A stretch of DNA of 64,000 bases. Source: Octopus vulgaris. Taxonomy: Eukaryota. Shown here piece after piece: positions 15,300 through 28,760 of this stretch. The position numbers and the translations under genes were made by a program. Each line of letters opens with the position of its first letter. Positions within the stretch are counted from its first letter, which is position 1. Under the pieces are notes generated by a model, which worked only from the letters and a program-made list of their open reading frames with translations, was not told the DNA's origin and did no database searches. The stretch lies in NCBI GenBank assembly GCA_951406725.2, contig OX597817.1, forward strand, positions 157,108,001-157,172,000. The letters run 5' to 3'.

Positions 15300-15669
15300 G
15301 TGGAGGCGCAATGGCCCAGTGGTTAGGGCAGCGGACTCGCGGTTGTAGGATCGCAGTTTCGATTCCCAGACTGGGCGTTGTGAGTGTTTATTGAGCGAAA
15401 ACACCTAAAGCTCCTCGAGGCTCCGGCAGGGGATTGTGGTGATCCCTGCTGTACTCTTTCACCACAACTTTCTCTCACTCTTACTTCCTGTTTCTGTTGT
15501 ACCTGTATTTCAAAGGGCCGGCCTTGTCACTCTCTGTGTCACGCTGAATATCCCCGAGAACTACGTTAAGGGTGCACGTGTCTGTGGAGTGCTCAGCCGC
15601 TTACACGTTAATTTCACGAGCAGGCTGTTCCATTGATCGGATCAACCGGAACCGACGGAGTGCTTCCAC
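15300..15669 (+). mobile_element. tRNA-derived SINE family A; other copies 18941-19309, 35895-36278 (+) and a split copy 38378-38501/39447-39684 (-)
   Basis: A box TGGCCCAGTGG and B-box-like GTTTCGATTCC. 11-bp TSD ATCCTTTGATC at 15289-15299 and 15670-15680. Confidence 0.9.
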
Positions 15670-16107
15670 ATCCTTTGATCATAAATCTCTCTTGGAACTA
15701 AGCAAGAACAGCCGCCAGTGCATCAGACCTAAAGAATATGTTTCAATGCAGGAACCGAAGTGAAGATGCTAAACTACAAACACAGTATTATCGTCCTTAC
15801 ACAAAGGATATATTATTCTACTCTCTGTTGTTTAGTTCCAGCAGGTCTATGGTCAAAGCCTTTTTAGGGCTATGTGGAAATGCATTATCCAGTGTGGCCC
15901 TTATTTTCTCTAGGTAGTAGGCTATGGTTTAAGAGAAATTTGCTGGTTGAGCAATCACGCTGAGCCTCCCTCATTTTTACATCCTATGAAAAACTATAGA
16001 AAAACTAGTTCAGCAAATTTCATTTAACTCATTCCAGTGTGAAAAAACTGACATAAACCTGAACAAATAATAGAAAAATATTGCTAATAGTAAAAATGTA
16101 TCATATA

Positions 16108-16272
16108 GGCACAGGAGTGGCTGTGTGGTAAGTAGCTTGCTAACCAACCACATGGTTCCGGGTTCAGTCCCACTGCATGGCATCTTGGGCAAGTGTCTTC
16201 TGCTATAGCCCCGGGCCGACCAATGCCTTGTGAGTAGATTTGGTAGACGGAAACTGAAAGAAGCCTGTCGTA

Positions 16273-16311
<39 letters not shown>

Positions 16312-16511
16312 CTGTGTTTGTCCCCCTAGCATTGCTTGACAACCGATGCTGGTGTGTTTGCGTCCCTGTCACTTAGCGGTTCGGCAAAAGAGACCGATAG
16401 AATAAGCACTGGGCTTACAAAGAATAAGTCCCGGGGTCGATTGCTCGACTAAAGGTGGTGCTTCAGCATGGCCGCAGTCAAATGACTGAAACAAGAGTAA
16501 AGAGTAAGAGT
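16108..16511 (+). mobile_element. tRNA-derived SINE family B; other + copies 4528-4870, 17399-17705, 27602-28215, 61097-61493
   Basis: TGGCTGTGTGG / GGTTCAGTCCC head, CTTGGGCAAGT core, internal (TA)n(TG)n and an AAGAGTA-like tail. Confidence 0.9.
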
Positions 16512-16649
16512 ATTTATATATTGCAGTTAGCTTAATCAACTAACTGTGTCTCATCTTTACAAGAATTTTTTTGTGACCTGTCAAAAGATAATGATTTGTG
16601 AACATTAGGAATCTAACACATAGGAAGTGAAAGTTCTTCAATATTGAAT

Positions 16650-17053
16650 ACTCTCTTTTACTTGTTTCAGTCATTTGACTGCGGCCATGCTGGAGCACCG
16701 CCTTTAGTCGAGCAATCGACCCCGGGACTTATTCTTTGTAAGCCCAGTACTTATTCTATCGGTCTCTTTTGCCGAACCGCTAAGTGACAGAGACGTAAAC
16801 ACACCAGTATCAGTTGTCAAGCAATGCTAGGGGGACAAACACAGACACACAAACATATACACACACACTTATATATATATATATACATATATACGACAGG
16901 CTTCTTTCAGTTTCCGTCTACCAAATCCACTCACAAGGCATTGGTCGGCCCGGGACTATAGCAGAAGACACTTGCCCAAGATGCCACGCAGTGGGACTGA
17001 ACCCGGAACCATGTGGTTGGTTAGCAGGCTACTTACCACACAGCCACTCCTGC
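16650..17053 (-). mobile_element. SINE family B; other - copies 29059-29446, 32521-32941, 36601-37020, 56151-56391
   Basis: Near-identical reverse complement of 16108-16511. Confidence 0.9.
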
Positions 17054-18649
17054 TTCTGTTCGTTTATGATTAATCTTTCTATTAAAGATTAAAGTATATG
17101 TGTGGATATATTTGGAGGTATTATTGTGCATAGACTAAGAGCACCAAATTTAGATGTCTGAAATAATCTCCAGTTATGGCGAGAGTTGCATTTTGAAATA
17201 CAATTGATATTATTGTAGAAACTTAAAACACCAATGACCTCTTGTGAAGGACATGGAGACAGCTGCTTTTACAAGGGCATCAGTGTTACTAAGCTATCAC
17301 ATCATGGATATTACTTCATGTTGATAACTTGTGTGAAAATGGTAGGGAATAAGCTTTGTGAGTGGGTTTATTGGATGGAAACTGAAAGAAGCCCATCATG
17401 CAGGAGTGGCTGTGTGGTAAGTAGCTTGTTTACGAACCACATGATTCTGGGTTCAGTCCCACTGCGTGGCATCTTGGGCAAGTGTCTTCTTGTAAAGCGT
17501 CGGACCAACCAAAGCCTTGTGAGTGGATTTGAAAGAAGCCAATCGTATGTATGTATATTTGTGTGTCTGTTTATGTCCCTGTCACTTAGCGGTTCGGCAA
17601 AAGAGACTGATAGAATAAGTACTAAGCTTACAAAGAATAAGTCCCAGGGTCGATTTGCTTGGCTAAAGGCAGTGCTGCAGCCAAATGACTGAAGCAAGTA
17701 AAAGAATATGTACAATATAAACGTTTAGAAGTATTGGCCGTTGAAAGAATTATGTCCCTTGTGTCCAATTAATTTTATCAATTTCCAAGTATATTAAAAA
17801 AATATATCACTTTCTATGTGATAATTCTTTAAGTTTGTCGCATTTCTGACAGTGGCTGGAGTTCAAAATTGATAATTGTTTTGTTGTTTATACTTTCTTG
17901 AATGTAAACAACTTTTGTTTACATATCTTCATAATTGTTATTATCTGGAACCACAGAATTGTTAAAGAATAAGACCATATGCTTTGCAGTATTTCTTCTC
18001 ACTCTACATTCTGAGTACAAATTCCACTGAAACCAACTTTACCTTTTGTCCCTCTAGGGTCAGTAAATTACTGAACCAATCAAGTACTAGGGTTTGTTCA
18101 AATGAGAACCAGCCACCTAGAATGTAGCCTTGTGCAAACGTTGTTCTTTTAATTTTCTTAGCACATAGTTTAGTGGTTTGTGTGTTGGACTCAGGAATGT
18201 AAGATTGTGATTTCAATTCCTAAACCAGGTGACATGTTGTGTTTTTTAGCTTCATTTCACATTGCTCCACTCTGCTCAGCTCACAAAAAATTGAATATTC
18301 CTGCAACGGACCAGTGTCCGATCCAGGTAGGGAATATATACACCTTGGAAGCCAGGAAACTGGCCTTATGGGTCTATATGACTCGAAGGAGCATTCCTTT
18401 TAATCTTTTTTTTATTCTATTAAGGTAACAAGCTAGCAGTCATTGTCATGTCATGCATAATGTTCAAATTCTGCCAAGATCCACTTGTCATCCTTTCAGG
18501 GTGCATTGAATAAGTACCAGTTAAGCACTGGAGTTAATGTAATCAACCTGCCCCTGTCCCATAAACTTGCTGATCATATGCCAAAATTTGAAACCAGTAT
18601 TCCTTTTATTTTTTAATATCATGACCCTAACAATTTTCCCCTCTCACAG

Positions 18650-18746
18650 AAATTATTTGGTAATATGATGGCTGAATTCCGAATCTCAATGGAAGGAATG
18701 TGGTCAAATGATGGTTCCTGGGAAGTTTTTAACACGACCAAGTCTC
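18650..18746 (+). CDS. MRTO4: MRTO4 coding exon
   Basis: ctctcacag| and |gtaagt. Phase-0 entry, KLFGNMMAEFRISMEGMWSNDGSWEVFNTTKS, matching Mrt4 KLFG..MAEF....W. Confidence 0.93.
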
Positions 18747-20309
18747 GTAAGTAATCTTGTACTGTTTTTATATTTTATATTACTCTACTATAGATGTGGG
18801 ATTAAAGTTTTGTATTATCAGTTTCTCTGTATTCTACTACAGCTGTTGTTCATGAATTTAGATAGGTTTGTCTACTGTAAAGAGAAGCAGAACCTAACAT
18901 TTTGAGGCTAACCTTTTGTTACCAAGACTATATAAGGGCAGTGGAGGCGCAATGGCCCAGTGGTTAGGGCAGCGGACTCGCGGTTTCGATTCCCAGACCG
19001 GGCGTTGTGAGTGTTTATTGAATGAAAACGCCTAAAGCTCCACAAGGCTCCTGCAGGGGATGGTGGTGAACCCTGCTGTACTCTTTCACCACAACTTTCT
19101 CTCACTCTTTCTTCCTGTTTCTGTTGTACCTGTATTTCAAAGGGCCAGCCTTGTCACACTCTGTATCACGCTGAATCTCCTCGAGAACTACGTTAAGGGT
19201 ACACGTGTCTGTGGAATGCTCAGCCACTTGCACGTTAATTCCACGAGCAAGCTGTTCCATTGATCGTATCAGCTGGGACCCTCATCGTCGTAACCGACGG
19301 AGTGCTCCTATACCACTCCTCTATTCAGCTGGACTCATCTTCGCACTTGTTTATTTCTTTTTATAGGTTTAACCCTTTAGCATTTAAACCGGCCATATCC
19401 GGGCAAAAGTATTCTGCTTGTTTTATGTTCAAACTAGCCAGATCTGGTCTCTCAGACCAACCCTACAATAATTGTTTTAAAAATTAACAGCTACCTCATC
19501 AAAATCTCATAGCTACAAGATAATGCCTGATTAGTTCAAAACAATGTGGATGAAAAAGGATTAATTTTGGCAGAATAATGCAAACACTAAAGGCTTAAAT
19601 CATTGTTGTCATCATTTAACATCCATTTACCATGCTGGCGCGCATTGGGTGATTTGACAGGCTCTGGTGAGCCACTGGTGAGCCACAGCGGAGCTGTGCT
19701 GAACTCCAGTATTAGCTTTGGCATGGCTTCTATGGATAGGTGTCCTTCCTGACACCAACCACTTTACAGGGTGTACTGAGTGTATTTTTTTCCCTTTTGT
19801 GCCTTTGGCATTAGTGATGTTGCCCAGTAGCTTTCAAGACAGAAAAAGAACAATGGCAAGAGGCTCAACAGATTGGGATGTATTTGAGGTGTGGGTGGTT
19901 TTGAGCCAGGTGTTGAAAGGCTAAAATATAATCAAGGGGACAAGCACAGATGTCTTACTTATACACTAGTCCTATGTTAAAGCTGTGTTTTCTCTATTAA
20001 CAACTGCTTTTGGTGCCATATTTTACACCAATACTTTTCACCCTCCATTCCATTCAATTCACTTTCACTTCTTTTAGCTCTCAACAACATCCGGCTTTCC
20101 ACCTCAATACCATAAGCCCTACATCAGCTCTTCTTCCTTTCACCCCACACAACCAGAGTTGCTAGCCTCTTCTTTCAGACTCTACTGACTGCATTCTAGA
20201 TTATACAAAAAGATGATATGACTCTTCGATCATGGGGCAAACTGGCTTTTAGTCTTTTATCTTTTATTTGTTTCAGTCATTTACTGTGGCCATTCTGTGG
20301 CATCACCTT

Positions 20310-21495
20310 GAAGGGTACATGTACTGTGCCTTCTTTTGCCAACCTAGTAATGGGATACCTCGAAATAATACTTTACCAGAGAACACTCAAGAAATATGGA
20401 AATTCTTTCTCCACCTATATCCAGAACAACTGGAAAAGATATCTCAACGACTGCTTCATCCTCTGGGATGAAAGTATAGAAAAACTTGAGGAATTAAAAT
20501 ACTACTAAATGGAATTAATGAAAACCTTCAATTCAGGATAGAACATAACCAAGAAAACTACTATTTCTAGACATCCTTATTAAGAAAGTTAGCAACAAAA
20601 TAGAGACAGATATCTATTATAAACCAACAGACTCAGAGCAGTACCTACCATTTGACTCATGCCACCCAAGACACACAAGAATGAATATCCCTTTCTGTTT
20701 AGCCAGAAGGATTTGCACCATAATATCAGACACAAACACCTGACACACGTCTCCAGGAACTCAGAACTACTCTCATAAATAGGAATTATCCACAACCCCT
20801 AATAGATAATACAATCCAACGAGCACTTAAATTAAATATAGAAGACCTAAGACAACCAAAAACAATTAAAAACCCTACCCTACATCTCTACACACAACCC
20901 ACTTAACAATGAGGCCTTCAACACCATACTCCAAAGCACAGCTCTACTCAAGGGAGACCCAAAGATGAACCGAATCCTCCAAACGTACACCATCATAACA
21001 AATAAACGGCAACCAAAATCCTTAAAGGATATTTTAACCCAGGCTTAACTGCACCCAATAACAACCAGAAAATCAACAGTTAAAAAATGTGGAAAGCCCA
21101 ACTGCGGGATCTGTGTCATCTTAGTAGAAGGTTTGGAATACACATTAGAACAAGGCCATCATTTTACCATCAGAACAAACTTCACCTGTGCATCGGGAAA
21201 TTTAATTTACATGATAACATGCACAGGGGGTAATAGGCAATATATTGGTCATACAAAAAACAGCCTACAAAAAAGGATGGCAGTACATAAATCCCAAATT
21301 AGGAATCCTGAATACAGGAAAATACTTGTCAACAGCCATATAGACAGATGTGCATCAAATAAAAATCCAAAATTCACAACTTTTCCACTTTACCAATTCA
21401 ATAACAACGTAACTTTCATACAACGTCATAACCAAGAACTCCATTTCATTAGAAAATTTCGACCAAGTCTAAACACCCTAGGCCAAGAACATTAA
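20310..21495 (+). mobile_element. Degenerate Penelope-like retroelement (RT plus GIY-YIG endonuclease)
   Basis: PSFANLVMGYLE, WKRYLNDCFILW (RYxDD-like), FLDI, DIYYKPTDS..YLPFDSCHP, then NLIYMITC...QYIGHT (GIY-YIG). Contains frameshifts and stops. Confidence 0.9.
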
Positions 21496-21856
21496 AACCA
21501 TATATTGGTTATCCAAAAAAGGAATTCTACAACCACCACTAACACTACCGCCAATATCACTACTACTACTGCAAACAACAGTCTCTGCTACTGCTGCTAC
21601 AACTCCAACCATCATCACAGTCACTACTACTACTATTCTAGTCAATGCACAAGACAGCCATTATGCTCCCCCCCCCCCCACAAAACACCACCATGTGGAC
21701 TCTGTTGAGACTAGTAAGAAACAATTATGAACTTTTTTTATTACACTTAACTTTCTAAAATATTTTTGATAAGGTTGGTTTTTTTCAAGAAGAACCAAAA
21801 CATGAAAATTCTCTAAGAAAATTAAAATTTATCTTATATAGTGACATTTTCAAACT

Positions 21857-21892
<36 letters not shown>

Positions 21893-22913
21893 AGAATTCA
21901 CAAAACAAAAAAAAAGACAAAGACAGGTGGTGTAGACAACAAACAGATGTATTAATTTAACGCTCAGGAAGTGAAAAAGTCTTTAACGTTTCAAGCCTAC
22001 GCTCTTCCAAAGAAAGAAACAAGGAGAGAAAATAAAATGCCAGGCAGAGGGGTCACACAGGAGAGCTAGGAAAATGGGGAGATAATAAAGTAGTGATGAT
22101 CCCAAAACGAAGGTGTGCGTGTGTATAAGAGAACATGTATGTGCATGTGGAAGAGGGCTGGTAACCTTGACGTGTGTGGATGTGGGGCTAGGAAGTGGTC
22201 AGTGTTATGCAGTAATGCCCAGTTCTTGTATTTGTGTAACTCTCGATGCCAAAGTTTGGGACAAGTCCCTCCAGGATCTTCCAGGTGTATATTATGGCAT
22301 ATCTTTCTTGCTTACACTCTAAGGATTAGTCTTATGTATTCATTTACAGATATATATATATAGAGAGAGAGAGAGAGAAAGATAAATAAATAGAAAAATA
22401 TATAGATAGATACAGATATTAAGATAGATATACACGCACACACACACACACGATGGGCTTTCAGTTTCTGTTATCTATGACCACTTCATACATTTACCCT
22501 CTCATATTGTTCTTATATATTACACTGTGTAACATGGTTTTTGTCCTTAGGTAGCAACTGCTATTTCCTATTTACTTACCCTTAGAAACTAAGAAAAATG
22601 GCTAATATTTCCTTCAAACTTTGTTTTTGTTACATTTATTCAAATATATAAGAATCCCTGGCTATGATGCTCTTCTACTATTCTTGCTCATGGTGAGAGA
22701 TGCACATATTGTCAGCCACTAACGGACATGATCAAATGGTTATGATCAAGCTACTGACAAGCAAATCTGTGATATTGAGCAGAATATTTGCTATGATGAT
22801 ATTTCTGCTTGAACAACTCAGCACTGAATCTGTCTGAAATGTAATGGAGAATGGGTCACTTTCAAAACATTGATGTCCAAGTTAGAAAAGCAAAATTTAG
22901 AAGGGGACAGTAG

Positions 22914-23265
22914 TCATCATCATCATCGTTTAACGTCCATTCTCCATGCTAGCATGGGTTGGACGGTTCAACCGGGGATCTGGGAAGCCAGAAGGCTGCA
23001 CCAGGCTCCAGTCTTATCTGGCAATGTTTCGACAGCTGGATGCCCTTCCTAACGCCAACCACTCCGTGAGTGTAGTGGGTGCTTTTTACGTGCCACCTGC
23101 ACAGGTGCCAGGCGAGGCTGGCAACGGCCACGGTCGGATTGGTGTATTTTATGTGCCACCGGCACGGAAGCCAGTCGAGGCGGCGCTGGCATCGGCCACG
23201 AGTCGGATAGTGCTTTTTACGTACCACCAGACCAGGGATCCTGGCTGGTTCAATTCGATTCCTTC
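22914..23265 (-). mobile_element. RTE 3'-UTR-only copy; further - copies at 8198-8610, 41631-42150, 51672-51985, 61708-61965
   Basis: Reverse complement of the same UTR, starting with (CAT)n. Confidence 0.85.
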
Positions 23266-24019
23266 AATTTCTAGATAGAAGCAGAATAGGGAATAACACT
23301 TACTGACCAAAGAACAAAGAATATAATTTTGTTGTAGTGTTATAAATACCACTTAACCTCTCAGTTGAGGAATTTTTCTTAGTTAGTCAGTTGCAGAATA
23401 TCAAATCCCACTTTTCTCTGAATATATTAACATACAAATTTGCCCAAACCTGTAAACTTCAGTGTAATATTTTCGCAGATGCAGGCTGTGTTAGTGTACA
23501 CTGCAACATGTGTTTGTGTTGCTTTGTTTGTATCCCACGATCACTTGATTTACCAGACCTAAAAAGTGTAGGTGCATGGATCAATTTATTCAGCTAAACG
23601 ATTCAAGGCAGTGTTCCAGTATGGCCACAGATTATAATAAATATTGATTGCAGTTATTGATTTAGAAGTGTTTTGCTATGTGGGTTATTCAAACTATTTG
23701 GCACCATGCAGTGTTGCAAATAAATCATACTATGCTTAGTTAAGTGACACATTGTACACTTTGCTACGGTTTACCACATGGTGTACAGTGTCTTTTTTTT
23801 CTTTTGATTTTATTTGACTTTATTTTTTAATGAGTACTATGGCTTGAAAGAGGTTTTTCTCCTTTCCCTAGCCTGTTGAATGACCATATGAAAGTTCTTG
23901 GTATTTGTTGATTTCTGTAGAATAGATAATCTTCCTTACATAATGAGATATTATTACTAATTTATTCTGACATTGTTATTCTAATATATGTATTCCTGAT
24001 CTTTTTAATCTTTCTTTAA

Positions 24020-24230
24020 CCCTTTCATTACCAAACTGGCTCTGGCTCTTTAGTATAAATGTCTTGTTTCCATAAGTTTTGAACTCAAATCTTCCACCAA
24101 ACCTTAATCACAATTTATGTTCCTAACACTAGCTTAATGATAACTAAGTTATTTTACTGAAGTCTTTGTTATATTTAAAGTAATTGAAACAAACACAGAG
24201 CATCTCAAAATAAATACAGTAACAAAAGGG
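24020..24230. mobile_element. piggyBac-type MITE (second family)
   Basis: TTAA|CCCTTTCATTAC ... GTAACAAAAGGG|TTAA. Confidence 0.75.
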
Positions 24231-24597
24231 TTAAACAATGGCAGTGTGATGTTTGGCACACATGTGCCGGGTGTGTCTGCTGGATCATAAAATTCTAAGA
24301 ATGGAGGAGAGTAGTCTCTGTAAGGGTAGTATGCATAATACAACCTGGTCTATGCCAGGGATTATCAAGAAGTCAGTGGCTTGCAATGCATCAAGAATGC
24401 ATATCTGCTAAGAGAACAATATGAAATATTGGTCTTTCGATTAAGTTATTTTACTAAATTCTTTATATTTAAAATTAATTGAAGGAAACACAGAACATCT
24501 CAAAATAAATACAGTAATGAAAGGGTTAAATAATTTTCTTTCCCTTCTTTCTCAAGCATGCTCATATTATATTCTAAATCATATTTTATGGTTTCAG

Positions 24598-24650
24598 TGA
24601 ACCAGACTGCTGATCCACAGAAAGATGAAGAGGAAACTGAGGACTCATAG
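24598..24650 (+). CDS. MRTO4: MRTO4 predicted terminal coding exon (acidic tail)
   Basis: gtttcag| acceptor. Phase-1 join gives LNQTADPQKDEEETEDS-TAG, an acidic C-terminus like other Mrt4 proteins. AATAAA follows 40 nt after the stop. Confidence 0.8.
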
Positions 24651-24690
24651 CACAAGCAATATTTTTCTGACATTGCTATAGTATTGTGTA

Positions 24691-24696
24691 AATAAA
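24691..24696 (+). promoter_or_regulatory. Putative polyadenylation signal of MRTO4
   Basis: AATAAA downstream of the stop, followed by a GT/T-rich stretch (gtgtttgtgtgtgttttttttt) about 25 nt later. Confidence 0.6.
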
Positions 24697-24784
24697 GTTT
24701 ATACTTAAATGACAACGTGTTTGTGTGTGTTTTTTTTCCTCTCCAAAGCATATATTTTGGGTTGACAAAATCAAAAAAAATCAA

Positions 24785-25286
24785 AATCAAATCAGATATC
24801 AGAAAGCAGAACCAAAATCGAAGTCGATCAACATCAATGGAAATTGCAGCTGTGATACCAGTGCCGGTGACAAGTAAGCGAACCATCCGATTGTGGCCGT
24901 TGCCAGCGCCGCCCCGACTGGCCTCCGTGCCGGTGGCACGTAAAAGCACCATCCGTTCGTGTCCATTGCCAGCCTCGCTTGGCCCCCGTGCTGGTGGCAC
25001 ATAAAAGCACCATCCGTTCGTGGCCGTTGCCAGCGCCGCCCCGACTGGCCTCCGTGCCAGTGACACGTAAAAGCACCATCCGTTCGTATCCGTTGCCAGC
25101 CTCGCCTGGCCCCTGTGCCAGTGGCACGTAAAAGCACCATCCGTTCGTGTCCGTTGCCAGCCTCGCCTGGCCCCTGTGCCGGTGGCACGTAAAAGCACCA
25201 TCCGTTTGTGGCCGTTTGCTTCAGACCCCAGTTGAACCGTCCAACCCATGCTAGCATGGAAAACGGACGCTAAATGATGATGATGA
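24785..25286 (+). mobile_element. RTE 3'-UTR copy with six tandem ~61-66 bp modules
   Basis: Repeated GTGCCGGTGGCACGTAAAAGCACC units and a (GAT)n tail. Confidence 0.85.
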
Positions 25287-25872
25287 TTGCAGCTATTATA
25301 AATTCCCTGATTTCAATCTGTGTAAAATTGAAACATTTTCTCTTTCTCTGTTTCAGTATTCAAAAACAATCCCCCCCCTCCCCTTACTATGGTCAGAGAA
25401 TGGGGTTTAATCGATTACATCAAACCCTAGTGCTCAGTTAGTGCTTATTTTATTGACTCCCGCAAAAGATGAAAGACAATATTGGCCTCTGTGAAATTCA
25501 GACAAAAATTAGCTACAAATTCATGCTTGGAACAATTTGGTGTTAGTTGTGCAAAACTTTTGAAAAATGTGTGTGACTTCTAAATTCACTCAATTTAGCT
25601 GTTTTATACTAAAATTGTATATGATAGGCTTCTTTCAGTTTCCATGTACCAAATTCACTCACAAAGCTTTGGTTGGCCCAGATCTATTGTAAAGACACTT
25701 GCACAAGGTAGAACAATGTGGGAACTGAACTGGAAACTAATTGGCTAGGAAGCCAATTTCTTTGCCACATGACCATGCCTGCACCTACATAGACACAATA
25801 TAAACAAAACAGTTGAAGTGATTAGAAAACTCAATGTTTTTGAGAATGGCAGTTTTTTTTTTTTTTTTTCAG

Positions 25873-26460
25873 GGCTATGTGATGAGATGGAAAGAGTGAG
25901 AGGGTTTTTATTATTTGGGAGATAGGGTGGATGTGAAGCAGCTGTGACAGCAAGAGCAAGACTTGGCTGGATGAAGTTCAGGGAATGTGGAGCATTATTA
26001 TATGGGAAACGGTTCTCCTTGAATATGAAAGGAAGGGTTTATCGGAGTTGCATGAGATTTGCAATGCTGTATGGGAGTGAGACATGGTGTCTGAGGGAAA
26101 GTGAAATAGCCATTTTGAGAAGGACTGAGAGAGCAATTTGTGGTGTGAAACTATTGGATAAAAGGAGGCTGAGGACTTGATGGGAGTGCTGGGGCTGGAG
26201 GAATCTGTGGAACAGCTGGCAAGGGTGAATGGGGTGTGGTGATATGGACATGTGTTGAGGAGGGATGTGGATCATGTTCTGAGAAGACTGCTTGAGTTCA
26301 GGGTGAATGAACTGTGAAGGCGAGGTCAACCAAAGAAAACTTGGAGGAGATTAGGAGGGAGGACACCCAAAACCAGGCGAGATGATGTGAGAGTGGTTGC
26401 TGTAGGTGTGAGGTAGATCCGGCCACTCTCGTTAACGGCGATAAACCCAGATTCAAAATA
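25873..26460 (+). mobile_element. Older RTE LINE fragment (different subfamily)
   Basis: ARLGWMKFRECG...KGRVYRSC...MLYGSETW, with downstream frameshifts. Confidence 0.85.
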
Positions 26461-27271
26461 TTGAGCAAGGAGAGCAAACTCCAAATGAGAGGGTCATGGT
26501 GCTACTAAGAACAACAACACAGAGTTACTGATGTAAATGCATGTGCTTATAAGGATGCACATCATAAGAGAACAGAATGGTCTAAGTGGAGCAGGAGCAC
26601 ACATGAGAATGGAAAGTGTTGCTAAAGAGGTGACAAGATTTCCTGGCAATTGACGAGTTAAAATAAGAACAGGTGAAGAACGAATATATAGTGTGTGTGT
26701 TTATTTGGCAAAAAAAAGATGACCATCCCAAAATACAACAATATGTTTCAACACCTGGTTTCACATCAGGAATCTTACAACACAAGTTCACAAACGTAAA
26801 AACTTGAAACATTCATACAAAAATAGAGATCATCAGTTCAAACCACTGTATTCAATCTGACCCAGTGGTTTAGAGCCTTAAATTATATTTTTAAGTCCCC
26901 TACACATCTAGATACCCCTTGCAGTGCACTATTTTGGAACTACTGTTCTAAACAGTTGATTATTTCTTACTTCTGCCCCTATGCTGCTAAATATATAAGA
27001 TTGTGATGGATAAGTAGTTAAGAAAGAAATAGAGAAGTCTTTGTCCAGTACTAATGCATCAAATTAGGGACCAGCGATAGGTCAGGTATTGTTACTTGAC
27101 CTATGTAACAACTAAATATTCAAATCACCCAACCATGTCTACAGTTATCTTTGAAATAACGATTATATGCGGAATGGCTGTGGCACCTTGGGCAAGTGTC
27201 TTTTACTATAGCCTTGGGCCGGCCAAAGCCTTGTGAGTGGATTTTGTAGACAGAAACTGAATGAAGCCTGT

Positions 27272-27314
<43 letters not shown>

Positions 27315-28760
27315 ATGTCCATGTTTGCCCCCCCTACCATTGCTTGACAACAGTCCCAGAGTTGATTTGTTTGACTAAACTCAGTGCTCCAGCATGGCTG
27401 CAGTCAAATGACTGAAATAAGTAAAAGAATAAAAAATCATGGTTTGTCAGTAAAGTTTAACAAAGCTATGGATAACCTTAGCTAGATTACAAAGTGGATT
27501 CTTCCTTCTTTTCACTCATTAGTCTTGAAGATGTGCTTCTTTGTCATAGATGAGCAAGTGTCTTCTACAATAGCCTTGGGTTAACCAAACCCTTGTGAAT
27601 AGGCGCAGGCATGGCTGTGTGGTAAGTAGCTTGCTTACCAACCACATAGTTCTAGGTTTAGTCCCACTACATGGCACCTTGGCCAAGTGTTTTCTACTAT
27701 AGCCTCGGACCAACCAAAACCTTGTGAGTGGATTTGGTAAGACAGAAACTGGAAGAAGCCTTTAAGGTGGCGAACTGGCAGAAACGTTAGCTTGCCGGGT
27801 GAAATACTTAGCGGTATTTCGTCTGCCATTACGTTCCGAGTTCAAATTCCGCCAAGATTAACTTTGCCTTTCATCCTTTCGGGGTTGATAAATTAAGTAC
27901 TAGTTATGCATTGGGGTCGATGTAAAAATCCATTTGTTTGTCCCCTCTGTGTGTAGCCTCTTGTGGGCAGTAAAGAAATAAGAAACTGAAAGAAGCCTGT
28001 CATATATATATATATATACATGCTTGTGTGTCTGTGTTTGTATCCCTACCATCGCTTGACAACTAATGTTGGTGTGTTTACATCCCTGGCAAAAGAGCCT
28101 GATAGAATAAGTACTATGCTTACAAAGAGTAAGTCTTGGGGTCAATTTGTTTGACTAAAGGAGGTGCTCCAGCATGGCTGCAGTCAAATAACAAACAAGT
28201 AAGAGAATAAAAGAGAAAATCAGACATGGCTGATACTGACCTGTAAGAACTGCTAAGCCTGCACTTCTGTTTCTGCATTTCCATTGTAATACACTTCCTT
28301 TGTTTCAGTTAAATATGAAGACTAATAAAGAATTTAAAACAACTTTTTCTTTATTAAGCTGGTGTTTGGAACATAAATTCGCTTGGAATTTTGATGGAAG
28401 CTTCTTATTTTGGGTCACTTTAACCTTTTAATATTCAGTTACTCTGATGAATGCAATGATTAGTTAGTTATTCACATTTTGAATTTTAATCATGCATTAT
28501 CTTGTAGCTTCAGGATTTTAATTGTGTGATTATTTATTTTTAGAATGACATTGTAGGTTAGGTGTGAGAAGTTGGATCTGGACAGTTTGAATGCTAAAGT
28601 GTTCAAACTAATTTCTATCAGGGGTGGTCTCGGGCAGATTAGTATAACACATCTTAAAACATTCACCTGGACATTGTATCTTTAGCACATTTCGTTATTT
28701 TGAGAATTTCTGTCGCATTTTTGCATTCAAGCTAGACATTGGCTCCATCAGCATTATCAG

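Noticed and set aside
15300-15375. tRNA-like sequences at SINE heads
   Set aside because: They continue into SINE bodies with TSDs, and no complete cloverleaf with terminator is evident.
21979-22015. Hammerhead-like GAGC-GUAG-GCUU-GAAACGUUA on the minus strand of a (TA)n-flanked cassette
   Set aside because: The core reads CUUUGGA instead of CUGANGA (essential G5/A6 missing). At best a dead relic.
24861-25215. CRISPR-like regular repeats
   Set aside because: Eukaryotic context, the 'spacers' are themselves homologous, and there are no cas genes.
24500-25257. Long ORFs of 249 and 152 aa, also 54681-55376 and similar MFLQLDALPNANHS ORFs
   Set aside because: They are antisense translations of tandem RTE UTR modules, repeated throughout the window.
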